Position numbers and translations under genes: made by a program. From contig NC_043009.1 of NCBI RefSeq assembly GCF_006345805.1, positions 40,362,001 through 40,426,000 on the forward strand: a DNA stretch of 64,000 nucleotides, in the 5' to 3' direction. Below the pieces are notes generated by a model. It was not told the DNA's origin. It searched no databases and saw nothing but the letters and a program-made list of their open reading frames with translations. Shown here one piece after another: positions 12,110-24,870 of the stretch. The DNA is from Octopus sinensis. Its lineage: Eukaryota. Each line of letters opens with the position of its first letter. The stretch's first letter is position 1.

Positions 12110-12145
<36 letters not shown>
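12058..12145. repeat. (AGC)n-(AGT)n microsatellite
   Basis: Direct sequence. Confidence 0.95.
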
Positions 12146-13959
12146 TCAGTATCACCAAAAATTGAGTCTCTGGGTTTCATTGTTTTATGTTCTGGACAGA
12201 TGCATCTGTTAGTTCCTCATCACCCTAATTGAAACTGCATTTTGGCTTTGTGAATAAAACAAATCTTCTACTACACTATAGAAGAATCTATTGTGACTAA
12301 CAGGTAGAAACTGATACATTCAACCATGGTGTTATACCAACGAGACACAGAAGAGAATCTTTTGCCTGGTCAGTAGATTTGCTTGAAATAGCAACTAAAT
12401 ATACTTCAAATCGCGCTTACCATTTTCAAAAGAAAAAAAAGGTGTTATGGGATTAAGTGTTTCTGAATATATCGAAATAAATGGAACGGTCCCGACTGGG
12501 ACTCTTAGTCATAGTTACGCTCGATTGAGATTGGTCTGGAGTTAAACAACATCAACAGCAACAGCAACTATAAACAAGTGAGGAATTAACAACCGAAGCA
12601 TTTATTTAAGGGTATTAGTAATACTTTTCTGAAGACCTTTTGCTCTTCAACTTGCCTAAGATTTTACTACTAAAAGTTTAATGTAATCGACACCAGCAAC
12701 TGCTAATATTTTCATCTTTACCCTCTTCAAGAAAGGAGAGTTTGCAGTTTTGCAGCCATCTGTAATTATTAGTATTTATGCTGGTTCTTAACCCAGATTA
12801 TCGTGTTCACAATAAACAAAATTTCTTGCTATTTAAATAGCATCATTATTTTGATTTATTGTTTGCATATGTCTTTGTATCTGAGAAAATAGTAGTAAAT
12901 TGTTGCAATATACACGTGACTTAAACAAACAGACAAAAAATTGATATTCTACTGCGAAGGAAACAATAATATTTATGAGAACTTCCAAAATTTCAACAAG
13001 TTGTATTCTCTTTCTTTTGCTTTTTTTTTTTCTTTCGTTCCAAACATGTTTACGAGTTGTTCTTCGTTTGATCTTGCACAATGTTTCACACTTCTTGTGT
13101 GCTATTTGCAGGATAATTTTTCGCAAGCCGGCGGTCAATTTCTCAGCAAGCCTCCCCGTCAAAAGAAATGGTTTAAATAAATGCAAACATGAAGAGATAA
13201 CACGAAAGAAAATATCCCAGCCAAAGAAGCAAAAATAAAGGAGCAGATGATGTTTATCTCGTTGTTAGCGTTAGTCAAGAGATGTTTCTTAAACTGATAG
13301 ATATGAAGAAAACACCAACTTTTTATATAAAGATAATATTATCATTTCATATATATTAACATTATTAATACTATATTGGGTGTAAACTCTTTATGCAAAT
13401 ACGGAATCTAGTTATGTGATAGTTTTGTTCGATTATCCAGAAAAGAATTATTGTTTTAGTACTAGGAATGCGGCATAGTTAATTCTTTAATAACTATAAA
13501 GAAAGGAATGCATTCTTACGCAATGAGAGAATACCCCCAACACCACCCCACCCACCCCATGGTGTTGAAACCTAAACTATGAGGATGAAATATCAAGATC
13601 GCTTGGATGGTATGTGCACTACGCTTTTCAATGAAGGCGCAAAACATTTCGTCGCGTCAGTACAACACAAAAGAGGCGGTTTATGGACACATTCCGCCCA
13701 CGCTTAATGCAAGATAGGTTTTGCTGGTGATTGTTATCGTTGAGAACAACAAGCAATATCGGATGTTACATTCTAAAGACATCTGTATCTGACTAAAGGA
13801 TAAAGACCACTCAGCTAAATTGACGTTATCGTCAGAGACACTAGACGTGAAATTAAGGGTCTACCAAAGGAGGGCAGAGATTCGTCGCGCAGCTTTGTGA
13901 AACGCATCATAGTTGAGGACCCTTGAAAAAGAAAACGGTGAAGGATAGGGAGGAACAGA

Positions 13960-14172
13960 AAGAGGAGGAGACGGAGGAGGAGGAGGAAGAGACAACGAAG
14001 AAGAAGCTGAAGAAGAAGAAGAAGAGGAAGGAGGAGGAGGAGGAGGAGACGGAGGAGAAGAAGTAGTAGAAGAAGAAGAAGGAGGAGGAGGAGGAGGAGG
14101 AGGAGGAGGAGGAGGAGGAGGAAAAGAAGAAGAAGTAGAAGAAGGAGGAGGAGGAGGAGGAGGAGGCAGAGG

Positions 14173-14205
<33 letters not shown>

Positions 14206-14330
14206 AGAAGAAGAAGCTGAAGAAGAAGGAGAAGAAGAAGAAGAAGAAGAAGAAGAAGAATTGACAAAAGAAAATAAAGAAAAGGACAAGTACTGAATAA
14301 AAAATTGAAGAAGTAGAAGAAGAAGAAATC
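13960..14330. repeat. (GAG)/(GAA) polypurine tract
   Basis: Direct sequence; explains ORFs 13815-14267 and 13861-14436. Confidence 0.95.
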
Positions 14331-14593
14331 GAAAGAGCCGGGGTCGAAAATATAGCATGACGAAATTCCTGACTATTAAATCATTTATAAATGACTGCAC
14401 AAAATAATGTTCCTGCAGATGCATTTGCATGTGCACATTAGAATGTCAGTGTGTTTGACACCTAAATTTATTACAATTACTAAGTCAATTATTCGGACAA
14501 CGTATTTAGAAAAGGCGCAGTGTTACAATGTTTGGTTCTAGTCTGAGAATGGCAGAAGGAATCTTAAATCGCTCGATGAAACTTTTCATCAAG

Positions 14594-14639
<46 letters not shown>

Positions 14640-14668
14640 CTATATATATATATATATATATATGAAAC

Positions 14669-14700
<32 letters not shown>

Positions 14701-16511
14701 GATACGTACAAACACACACACACGCACACGTATATATATATAATGGCGACTGGAATTAAAATGATACACATGTAAGATTATTAATTACACTTTACGATAA
14801 ACTCACTGATTAAGTCTAACATGGAATGTTTAAATTGTGTTAATAATTGGCGATAATGAATGAAATCTTGAAACACGTTGTAGCTTTCTATAACGTGTAC
14901 TGAATCTGATTACGAAGGGAATTCGTTAAATTGAAAGTCTTTCAAACATGCAGGAATTAAATCCAAAATTTTTTCTCATACCAAGTGATCAATCACCAGT
15001 ATCAATTCTTACTATACATGTATCGTTCAAGGAGTTTCATTACAACCAGCAGCGTTTCGCTTGTATTAGCAAACGTGAAATTTAAAATTCCATGAATGTT
15101 ACATGTCTTCTGTGTGGTACAAGATGGAATGAGTAACTGTTCAAATTCATGTTTCATTTGAACCGCTCAATGCCAGTTCTGAATATCTCAGACTTCCTTC
15201 AGAAACTTTAATTTTAACTTTACTACAATCCTGAATGCCTTCATTGTTTGAATATTCCAGCATGATACATCAACAAAATCGAGAAGAACCATAAATAAAA
15301 TATCTTACGTACTCTTCAGTCTATAGACTTTATATAAATAAATAAAGTAAAAATACAAAAAGCCTCTTAAACTTTACTGATAAACGCATTTCTTTACCTA
15401 TTGATAAAACTCGTGAAAATACTGTTGTCATATTTAATAAGCCGCCTTTGAACCTTACATGATTACAAAAATAATCTCCAACTTTACCGCTAAACCACCT
15501 GTTTTCTATCTTTTCATCGATGCTTTGAAAATTCTCTTCACTTCTCAGAAGGCAGAAGATATTGGTTCACCTTCCTTGATGCTAGTTCTAAATTTCTTTC
15601 CTCACAGTCACACTCACACACTTATCAACACATCCATATAAATGCGCACACGAATCATTTTGTCCGCTTATACTTTTTCTCGCTTTTTTTCTTTTCTTCT
15701 ATACTAATCTTCCTTTTATTCTTTGTATCTTAAGCCAATAAAACCTGATGTAGCTTTTATTGGAAATAACATTTTACTATTAGTTTGCGACTGACAACTA
15801 AATACTATAGAAGTTGACTTAGTATAAAAGTTTCCTCATCACACGGTTTATTCGTGTGTTTATCAAGACATCTCTTTGTAAATCTCTATTAAATTAAACA
15901 CTTTTATTTTTAATTGCTACAATATAATCACTTCCTCAAATCTTCACCTCTTCGCCGAAACATCTTCCCTCTACACCTTATCTTTCTGCTTTCTAATAAT
16001 AACTTCTGAGAAACTATACCTATCTTGCCGTCACCACCGAACACTCTAATAATCTACAATAAAGAACAGGAAATTTAATGACCAAACACATCACACAAAA
16101 ATCATTTTTAAGTGAATGAAGAGCAAATTACGGTTAACTGTCTCTAATTATATTTTCCTGAAAGATTAGTCTTGCAAGAACTGCATTCTAAGCTTAACAG
16201 AGAAGTGAAGACCAAAGTGTGCAATATTACATTATTGTTTTTCACTTTAGATCTATATTTCTGTGAATCGAAACCAGTCTACACTATATTATTGTATAGT
16301 CATTTCTTATTTGTTTCTACAACTACCCGAAGGCACGTGTCCTTGTGGTTAGGTTATAATATTTGTCATCGCGAGATCGTGTTTTCAGTTGCCGGACCGA
16401 GCAGTACGTTGTGTTGTAAGATACTTCATTTCACGTCGAATATCCTAACCACCAAGCCATCCGCCTTTACACACCAAGCCAGTAGTCAATTGAGAACTAC
16501 TCATATGAAGT

Positions 16512-16826
16512 TGTTGTTGTTGCTGTTGGTTCCTTCACGAGCCACGCCTGGCTCATAAGGGCCGGTTTCCCGGTTTCCTTGGCGTATAAGTTCCCCACCT
16601 GGACGGGACGCCAGTCCGTCGCAGGTGAGCTGCAAGATGCAGGAAGAAAGAGTGAGAGAAAGTTGTTGCGAAAGAGTGAGCAGAAGTTCCCCACTACCTT
16701 CTGCCGGAGCCGCGTGGAGCTTAGGTGTTTCGCTCATAAACACATACATCGCCCGGTCTGAGATTCGAACCCGTGATCCTTCGACCGCTAGTCCGCTGCT
16801 CTAACCACTAGGCCATATGCCTCCAC
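16512..16826 (-). mobile_element. SINE type D with tail X, (CAA)n end, 13-bp TSD
   Basis: ACTCATATGAAGT at 16499-16511 and 16827-16839. Confidence 0.92.
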
Positions 16827-17099
16827 ACTCATATGAAGTACTCAGAGAAAATGGCAAGATTCAAGCATAGTGTAAAACCGAGAATAGTCGCGGTGATTTT
16901 TACGTAAATTTCAGGTACCTCTAGCAGGAGTGCAAGGGGGTTGGGGTCGTGTTGTGCCGCGATCCAGTCTACCATATTTGACGGTATAAAAGACTTACGG
17001 GCATATTAAACGCACTTTAATTTCAGCAATATTCAAGAAAAATGTTTTTAGAACATTAAAGCATCTCATATTTAAAACAATCTAGTTACGAAATATCCA

Positions 17100-17300
17100 T
17101 TTCAAATTTTGGTACACGGTTAGAAATTTCGGAGAAAAGGATTAGACGATTACATCGACCCCAGTGCTCAACTGGTACTTATTTTATCGACCCCGAAATG
17201 ATGAGAAGCAAAGTTTGCCTTGGCGGAATTTGAACTCAGAGCGTAAAGGTGGACAAAATGCTGCAAAGCATTTTTGCCCGGTGTGCTAACCATTGCGCCA
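17100..17300 (-). mobile_element. SINE type B
   Basis: CGACCCCAGTGCTCAACTGGTACTTATTTTATCGACCCCG...GGCGGAATTTGAACTCAG. Confidence 0.8.
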
Positions 17301-17449
17301 GTACGCTACAAAATAATATACAGATACCTAAGTTATAGCAGAAACATGACTGCAAATATAAGTAGTGAGCGTCAGGGACAAAACTGGCTTACGGTTGACA
17401 CAGGGTTCGTCCATTTAGGATGTAGGGCTAGTTTAAAAACAAATTTTTG

Positions 17450-17849
17450 GCAGGCGTGGCTGCATGGTAAAACGCATGCTTCCCATCCACATGGTTCTAA
17501 GTTCAGTCCCACTGCGTGGCACCTTGGGCAAATGTCTTCTACTAAAGCCTTGTGAGTGGATTTGGTAGACGGAAACTGAAAGAAGCCCGTCGTATATATG
17601 TGCGTGTGCGTGCGTGTGTGTGAATGTCTGTGTGTGTGTCTTTGTATCTGTGTTTGGCCCCCTACCTTCACTTGACATCCGATGTTGGTGTGTTTACGAC
17701 CCCGTAACTTAGCAGTTCTGCAAAAGGCGCCGATAGTACCAGGCTTACAAACAATAAGTCCTGAGGGTCGATTTCTTCGACTAAAAGGCAGTGCTCCAGC
17801 ATGGCCGCTGTCAAATGATTGAAACAAATATAAGAATAAAAGAATAAAA
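17450..17849 (+). mobile_element. SINE type A
   Basis: Full head-to-tail match to 24445-24870. Confidence 0.9.
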
Positions 17850-17926
17850 TGCCAAAAAATACGGTGAATGGTAGCTTCTGTCGCGTGAGCAGAGGATTAA
17901 GTTTATTCGTTTTATATGCTTGTTTA

Positions 17927-18312
17927 TCTATATATATATAAAGCTGAAGTTGTCTGTGTATGGCAGGTTTGGTAGCCTTCAACTAACACTATCTCCTCCG
18001 AGACCCTGCGGCGCAAGTTGACCAAAATTAAGAGTATGATAGAAGAAGGCTTGCTCTTCCTTCCGTAGAAGAAAAAGTTTAAATCGGACCATGATAACAC
18101 CAAAAATTATTTACATCAAAAAGGTACTCTATGAAAATCCCTATTTTTTACGATTTTTTGACTGCTGTGTCGCCTTTTTTCGGTGTATTTCAACTAGAAA
18201 AATGTTCACTTAAAGAGAATAACAAGCTACATAATGCAAAATTTTTACTTTTCAAAAATTCCAATTCTAAAGGGTTGAAACAAACCCGAGCAATGCCGGG
18301 CGATACTGCTAG
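17927..18312 (+). mobile_element. non-autonomous Helitron
   Basis: A|TC start (TCTATATATATAAAG), subterminal hairpin CCCGAGCAATGCCGGG, CTAG|T end, no TSD; second copy at 42788. Confidence 0.85.
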
Positions 18313-18384
18313 TATTAATCTATTTTATATTCATTTATCTGTTTGTATATTTCATGTTAGTATTTAATGCTTTAAAATGGCTTA

Positions 18385-18905
18385 CTAGCAGAAGCGCTAG
18401 CGCACCAGCTAAAATGCTTAGCGGTGGTTAATCCGACTTCACATTCTAAGTTCAAATACCACTGGGTCGAATTTACTCTTCATCCTTTTGAGGTCGATAA
18501 AAATAAGTACTATTTTAACACTGGTTCGATCTGATTGACTTAACCACTCCCGAAAACTTGCTGGCCTTGTGCTAAAATTTGGAAACCAATATTTAATGTA
18601 TTTAATTATAAGCGGTTTTTTTTTTACATGTTTCTGTGTAATTTTTCGTGTACATCTTCACACTGTAACCCTTTATCGTAACACGTACGTGTATACGTGT
18701 GAAGACCCAGTACTTGGGTAGATGTAATTGACGAATTCCCTCCCCTAAAAATTACTATTTCTTGTGCCAACAATTCGACAACGTTCTGAGTTCAAATTCC
18801 GCCGTGGTCGATTTTGCCTTTCATCCTTTCGGGGTTGATTAAATAAGTACCAGTTATACACATAAAATGTCAAGGCCTTGTGCCAAGAGTAGAATTATAA
18901 TAATT

Positions 18906-18943
<38 letters not shown>

Positions 18944-19220
18944 ATCATCATCATCATCATCATCAGCAGCATCATCATCATCATCATCATCATCACCATC
19001 ATTAGGGCTTTTATTACGGAGACAGTGAGTTTGTAGAATAATTAGTACGCCGGACGAAAATGTTTGGCAGCATTTCTTCCGGCTTTACATTGTGAATTCC
19101 AATACTGCCGAGGTCGACTTTCCGGATCGATAAAGTAAATACCAGTGAAATACCAGGGTCGATGTATTCAACCAGTCCCCTTCCCTAAAATTTCAGGCCT
19201 TGTGCCTATAGTAGAAAAGA
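18385..19220 (+). mobile_element. three partial or degenerate SINE type B copies (~18385-18590, ~18780-18895, ~19020-19220) around a (CAT)n array
   Basis: Repeated GTTCAAAT..CCG/TTTGCCTTTCATCC/GTCGAT blocks. Confidence 0.75.
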
Positions 19221-19237
19221 TTATTGTTATTATTAGT

Positions 19238-19815
19238 GACAGGGGCTGGCAGAATCGTTAGCACGCCAAGTAAAATGCTTAGCGGCATTTCGTCTGCCGC
19301 TACGTTCTGAGTTGAAATTCCGCCGAGGTCGACTTTGCCTTTCATCAATTCGGGGTCGATTAAATAAGTAGCAGTTACGCACTGGGGTCGATATAATCGA
19401 CTTAATCCGTTCTTTGTCCTTGTTTGTCCTCACTGTGTTTAGCCCCTTGTGGGTAGTACAGAAATAGGTATTTCTTCTGCCGCTACGTTCTGAGTTCAAA
19501 TTCCGCCGAGGTCGACTTTGCCTTTCATCCTTTCGGGGTCGATAAATTAAGTACCAGTTACGCACTGGGGTCGATATAATGGAATTAATCAGTGTGTCTG
19601 TCCTTGTTTGTCATCTCTGCGTTTAGCCCCTTGTGGGTAGTAAGGAAATACGTATTTCGCCAGTCGATACGCTGTGCGTTCAAATACCGCCGAGGTTGAT
19701 TTTGCTTTTCATCCTTTCAGGGTTGATAAATTAAGTACCAGTTGAGTACTGGGGTCGATGTAATCGACTATACCCCTCCCCTACATTTCAGGCTTTGTGC
19801 CTATAGTAGAAAGGA
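19238..19815 (+). mobile_element. SINE type B trimer
   Basis: One head, three ~180-bp units with junctions near 19469 and 19651. Confidence 0.88.
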
Positions 19816-20120
19816 TTACAATTTGTATTATTGGTGTTATTGTTTTTATTTTTGTGGTTGTTACAAGTGGTGTTGCTGGCGATGTAGTTGCCGTTGTTGG
19901 TGTCGATGTTGTTGTTGCTGTTGTTATTATGGTGCTAATATCATCGATAGTAATTGCACTAAACAGCGATCGGGGTATCTTTATTGATTATACCGAGATA
20001 AAGATCGACAGAAATTATTGAAATACTCACACAGTAAGGCGTTTTGTGTATGTATGTGCCTGTGTTTTGTGTGTGTTGTTGTATATGTGCGTAATATATA
20101 TATATATGTGTGTGTGTGTG

Positions 20121-20169
<49 letters not shown>

Positions 20170-20411
20170 CACATATATACATATATGCGTTTGTAAATGT
20201 ATGCATATGGATACATACGCATATTCACAGGTAGATATATAGATAGTGAGATCGACAGACAAGCAGACAGGGAGAAAGATATATATATATATATATATAT
20301 AGATAGATAGATATGAAAAATACACATACACTATTCAAGTATATACATGCATATATATGTGTGTGTACATGCATACACATGTACATGTCTATATATATAT
20401 ATATATATTTA

Positions 20412-20444
<33 letters not shown>

Positions 20445-20535
20445 ATATATACATGTATATATATGTATATATATGTATATATCCACAAACATACACGCAA
20501 ACATGCATATATACATACATATATATATAAATATA

Positions 20536-20611
<76 letters not shown>

Positions 20612-20787
20612 GCGCATACACAAAATACATACATATATACGTACATACACATATATATACATACACACATGCAAATCTTACACAGACACTAATATTTATG
20701 GTGCAGCGGTCCATGTGGCTGCATGTGTGTGTGTTCGTGTATGTCTGTGTACGTATGTTCTCATAAACATATCTTTGCATTTCCTAG

Positions 20788-20821
20788 TGTGTACTGAACA
20801 ACCTTTTAAAAGAGAAAGACG
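20788..20821 (+). CDS. candidate 34-bp exon ([11 protein letters not shown](R))
   Basis: atctttgcatttcctag acceptor, ACG|GTAATA donor, followed by a 101-bp GT-AG intron. Confidence 0.4.
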
Positions 20822-20922
20822 GTAATATTTATTACCACCTCATAATTTTGTAAAAGAACTCAACTGAACTATGCTGGAAGTCTGTGTTACATTGGATAAC
20901 TTCTCTCACTTCTTGCCTACAG

Positions 20923-20986
20923 GACAGAGAGCGTATATAACGTAGAATCCATCTATCTTCCATCGTTCCCCAATGCCTCTATTTAA
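20923..20986 (+). CDS. candidate terminal coding exon (TESVYNVESIYLPSFPNASI*)
   Basis: Strong acceptor cttctctcacttcttgcctacag|G; frame continuous with 20788-20821. Confidence 0.35.
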
Positions 20987-23489
20987 TTTTATCTCTGTAC
21001 ACATTAAAAACAGGCAAAAACTGTTTAGCATATCAAGTATTTTATCAGATCTGAAAAAAGAGTTGCCTGCCTTTCCACGTAATAAATAAATAAGTAAATA
21101 TCTAAATATTATGTCTGATGTTGTTGATGCTGTCATTGTGGTTGTTGGCGTTGAGGTTGCTCTTATTGTTTGTGTTGTTATTGCTGTTTAGCTACTAGCT
21201 AACAATTATTGAGCAGACCTATGATTCCAAACTTTCCAGAATACGGAACAAAATTATTCAGTGCAATAGAAAGCCTAATGGAAGAGAAGAGAATAAACAC
21301 CAATGTAATTGCAAATGTTGCTCAGTTTACTTTGACTAAGAAATCACCCAAAACATTAACAACTATAAGCAACGGGAAAGCAGGGGCTTATCCGTTGCTT
21401 CTATAGGCTTGTAGACAGGAAGCTTTGTAGAATTTGTTCCGGTTCTTTGTGCACTGAATTCAAATCTTATGATCTGCTGTATGAGATCAAATTACTCTGA
21501 GGCTAACTTTGCTTTTCATACTTTCTGGTCGATGAAAAACTGTAAATTCAAGGCAGTGAATTTGCGGAACTCTGAGAGACTTGGCTTGGGGTTTATAACG
21601 CTCTGTCTGCAAATCCTGCTATCATCTACGCTTTCAGAGAAAATCCCATCAATATCAAGTTTGCCTTTCATCCTTTTCCATGTTGAAGTAAAATACCAAT
21701 CTAAGACGAAATTTAAGGTGTGTCGAACTGGATGCCTTGCGGTATTTGTTCCGGCTCTTAGCTTTCTGAGTTGAACTCCCTCTATGGTATATTTGAATGT
21801 GCGTTTAAAGACATGAAGTTTAATATCACCACCTTGTCATCGAGTGCCTTTAGCAGAAGTCTACTCTGTTGTAAGTACTCGGATCATGTCCACAGTTTAA
21901 ACATAACTCACTCCTGCCATCTCGCTTGTCTCGGATGCCCTGTAAAGGGTCATGGATTCTATTTTCTCTCTTGAACAAAAATAAAAGTTATAAGCAAAAA
22001 CATTCAGATTTGTAATGTCTACTAGATGCAAAAAGAACATACGATTCAAAGTGGGAGGTAGTAATCCGGTTGTTGGTTCATGAAAGACTACTTGTATGTA
22101 TGTATGTATGTATGTATGTATGTATGTATGTATGTATGTATGTATGTATGTATGTATGTATGTTTGTATGTATGTATGTATGTATGTATGCATGTCTCCA
22201 CAATGAAAGAACAGAATTTGCTGGAGCTCCAAAGGTATTTTGTTTTACTTTAGGGACCACTTTCACAAACATACAATTACAGCATAAGAGAAAAGCACAA
22301 ATCTGCCTTCGTTAAGTTTGGTTTTATATGGAGGTAATAGGTAATATGTATAAAATTCGTTGCAAGTATATGATAATAGTTAATAGGTATATAAAAATAA
22401 ATGGCCCATGTTATAATTGCTCTATATGATGGTCCTAGATATATTAGATCTAAATAAATGACGAAAGGTCACAGCTGCAACTCTTTAGCTCTTTTGATCA
22501 CATATCTGCTTGATCAGGACTGACCTTGGGTATAGCACCATCACCATCCTCACCACCACAACCACGACTATCACCACCACCACCACTGCCGCCGTCGTCA
22601 CCACCACCACCATTACTGCCGCCACCATTAAGACTAGCACAATCAACAATAATAATAACATGAATACACTCAATGTTTTATTCTTCTGATGACGTAAAGG
22701 AATTTTCGTTGCTTTTTGCTTGACTCTGTTTCTCTGTAGCTACTTATGCATTTGACATGTATTGTAATAACATCCGCCACAAATCTCTGGAATTGTTAAT
22801 TGCAATGCTTTAGTAATTACCAGGTTATCACTTATAATTAACAGAAATCTATTCATCAGTAGTTTCATCGTTTGATTTATTTTTAATTATTATTTCCTAT
22901 AATTATCTTTATTTGATCTGTAAATTACTAGATCTTGAAACTGTTGTTCTCTATCTTAAGAAAGCTCAACAATATGCAGTAACCTTTTAAACATCAATGT
23001 AAGAAGAAAAAAATAACGAAATCAACTACAGACAACAAATGAACAACTGTAATGAGTATCTACGCAACCTCCACCACCACCATCACCACCACCAATCCAC
23101 CACTACCACCAACACAATCACCGCCACCATGATCACTACTACTATTGACGTCGTTTCTGTTCATATTGCTATTAATAATATTACATTACCAAGTATTAAT
23201 AACATGGTATTGATATTACTAACAATAAATACGGCAAATGGTTGGCAGAAATTAATAGAACTTTGGCATAGGGTAAAATAACTTGCAGCAGTTGTATGCG
23301 TATTGTTTTTTAACGTTCTGAGATCAAATCCCGCCTAGGTCAAGTTTACAGTGTCTAAACAATAAATAACAATCAATTTATTGATACAAATAGAAAGATA
23401 TTACATATTAACAACGGTGGGACGATAAAATATACTTAGAAGCAAACCAAACGAATGGAAACTGATGTAACAAGGGAACAACAAGTTGT

Positions 23490-24170
23490 ATACCATAACA
23501 GCGGCATCACTGACGGAAGAAGTTGCTTTTCTGTGTCCCAATTCTAGACGAGTCTTTCTTTGTACGCCAAAATTCCACACGTAAGTTTTCAAGAGCAATG
23601 AAGAACAGAAACAGAATCTGCTCGGAGAGGTGCCCTTGAAGGATTCTGTGCATGATTCCAGTCTGTTTCCATCGGTAACTATTTATTTAGAGTATCCAGT
23701 TTAGTATAATGGGATCTGTTGACCACTGAAACCAGCGGATATTCATTGCCATTCTTATGGAACGATCTCAGCTGACCAACATAAATCTGAACACCAACAA
23801 AACATCGGCATGAGGTTGTCTTCTGCAAAGTATCGAATGAAGTAGAGATAATCCTGAACAGATATTCCAGGAATCGAACATCTATGTGTGTTTCTGATCT
23901 CTAAGGAGATTATCAAGAAGAACTACTAAGATAGTGGCTAGCACTTTGGCCAATATCTTAGTATTTCTAAGAGTTACATACCTAAAATTATCGTCTGTAT
24001 CCCTTGTCAGCCCAATGTATCAGCAGTCTTGGTCCTCATGCAACCGCTCGATACTTTCTGCGTTTCAGAAGCTGCTTCACACTACTTCATCTTGACTTTC
24101 ACACTACTTTTTCTCGTCTGCTAAATCGTCTCCAGTTCACTCTATTCCAGTACCGGTTGATGTTATTGCT
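23490..24170 (-). mobile_element. L1/Tx1-clade LINE RT fragment, heavily decayed
   Basis: FRYVTLRNTKILAKVLA, CSIPGISVQDYLYFIRY, ILQGHLSEQILFLFFIALENL resemble NFRPITLLN.KILAKVLA, CAIPGRSIQDNLHLIRY, RQGCPLSPLLF..ALEPL. Confidence 0.75.
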
Positions 24171-24444
24171 GCAATTGTTGTCGTTGTTTGGATCGATTTT
24201 GTTACTGTTGTTGTTTAGCTGATTAACCCAGGACATGAAGACTTCCGATCAAAAGAGTTCTAACCATGAATATCCCGTCTTTTTGTGTATATAGAAGTAC
24301 ATTGTTTAGCGTATCCTTTATTTTGAAAGATACTCTATGATTTTAGGAAATTAAGACAGTTATTTCTAGTAGATCGAGTAACCGTGTAATGCCTCATCCT
24401 CTGACTAGTCACCTCCCAATTAGTAGAAAATGTCTTCTAATTTA

Positions 24445-24607
24445 GGCGTAGGAGCGGCTAAGTGGTAAGTAGCTTGCTTACGAACCACATTGTTCCGGCT
24501 TCAGTCCCACTGCCTGGCACATTGGGCAAGTGTCTTCTACTATAGCCTCGGACCGACCAAAGCCTTGTGAGTGGATTTGGTAGACGGAAACTGAAAGAAG
24601 CCTGTCG

Positions 24608-24666
<59 letters not shown>

Positions 24667-24870
24667 TTGTGTGTCTGTGTTTGTCCCCCAACATAGCTTG
24701 ACAACCGATGCTGATGTGTTTACATCCCCGTAACTTAGCGGTTCGTCAAAAGAGAGCGATAGAATAAGTACTAAGCTTACAAAGAATAAGTCCTGGGGTC
24801 GATTTGCTCGACTAAAGGCGGTGCTCCAGCATGGCCACAGTCACATGACTGAAACAATTAAAAGAGTAAA
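24445..24870 (+). mobile_element. SINE type A
   Basis: GGCGTAGGAGCGGCTAAGTGGTAAG head through GAAACAATTAAAAGAG tail. Confidence 0.92.

Noticed and set aside
13112-13238. Strong acceptor followed by DNFSQAGGQFLSKPPRQKKWFK*
   Set aside because: No donor, partner exon or recognisable product.
15637-15660. TATAAAT plus TCATTT initiator-like pair
   Set aside because: Spacing is 20 nt rather than about 30, and both words are common in AT-rich DNA.
16172-16558. 128-aa ORF
   Set aside because: Runs through SINE fragments; no coding signature.
22686-22712. CTGATGA motif
   Set aside because: No downstream GAAA.
23985-24020. ADKGY motif suggesting a DDE transposase
   Set aside because: It is in line with flanking Tx1 RT motifs and is better explained as part of that LINE.
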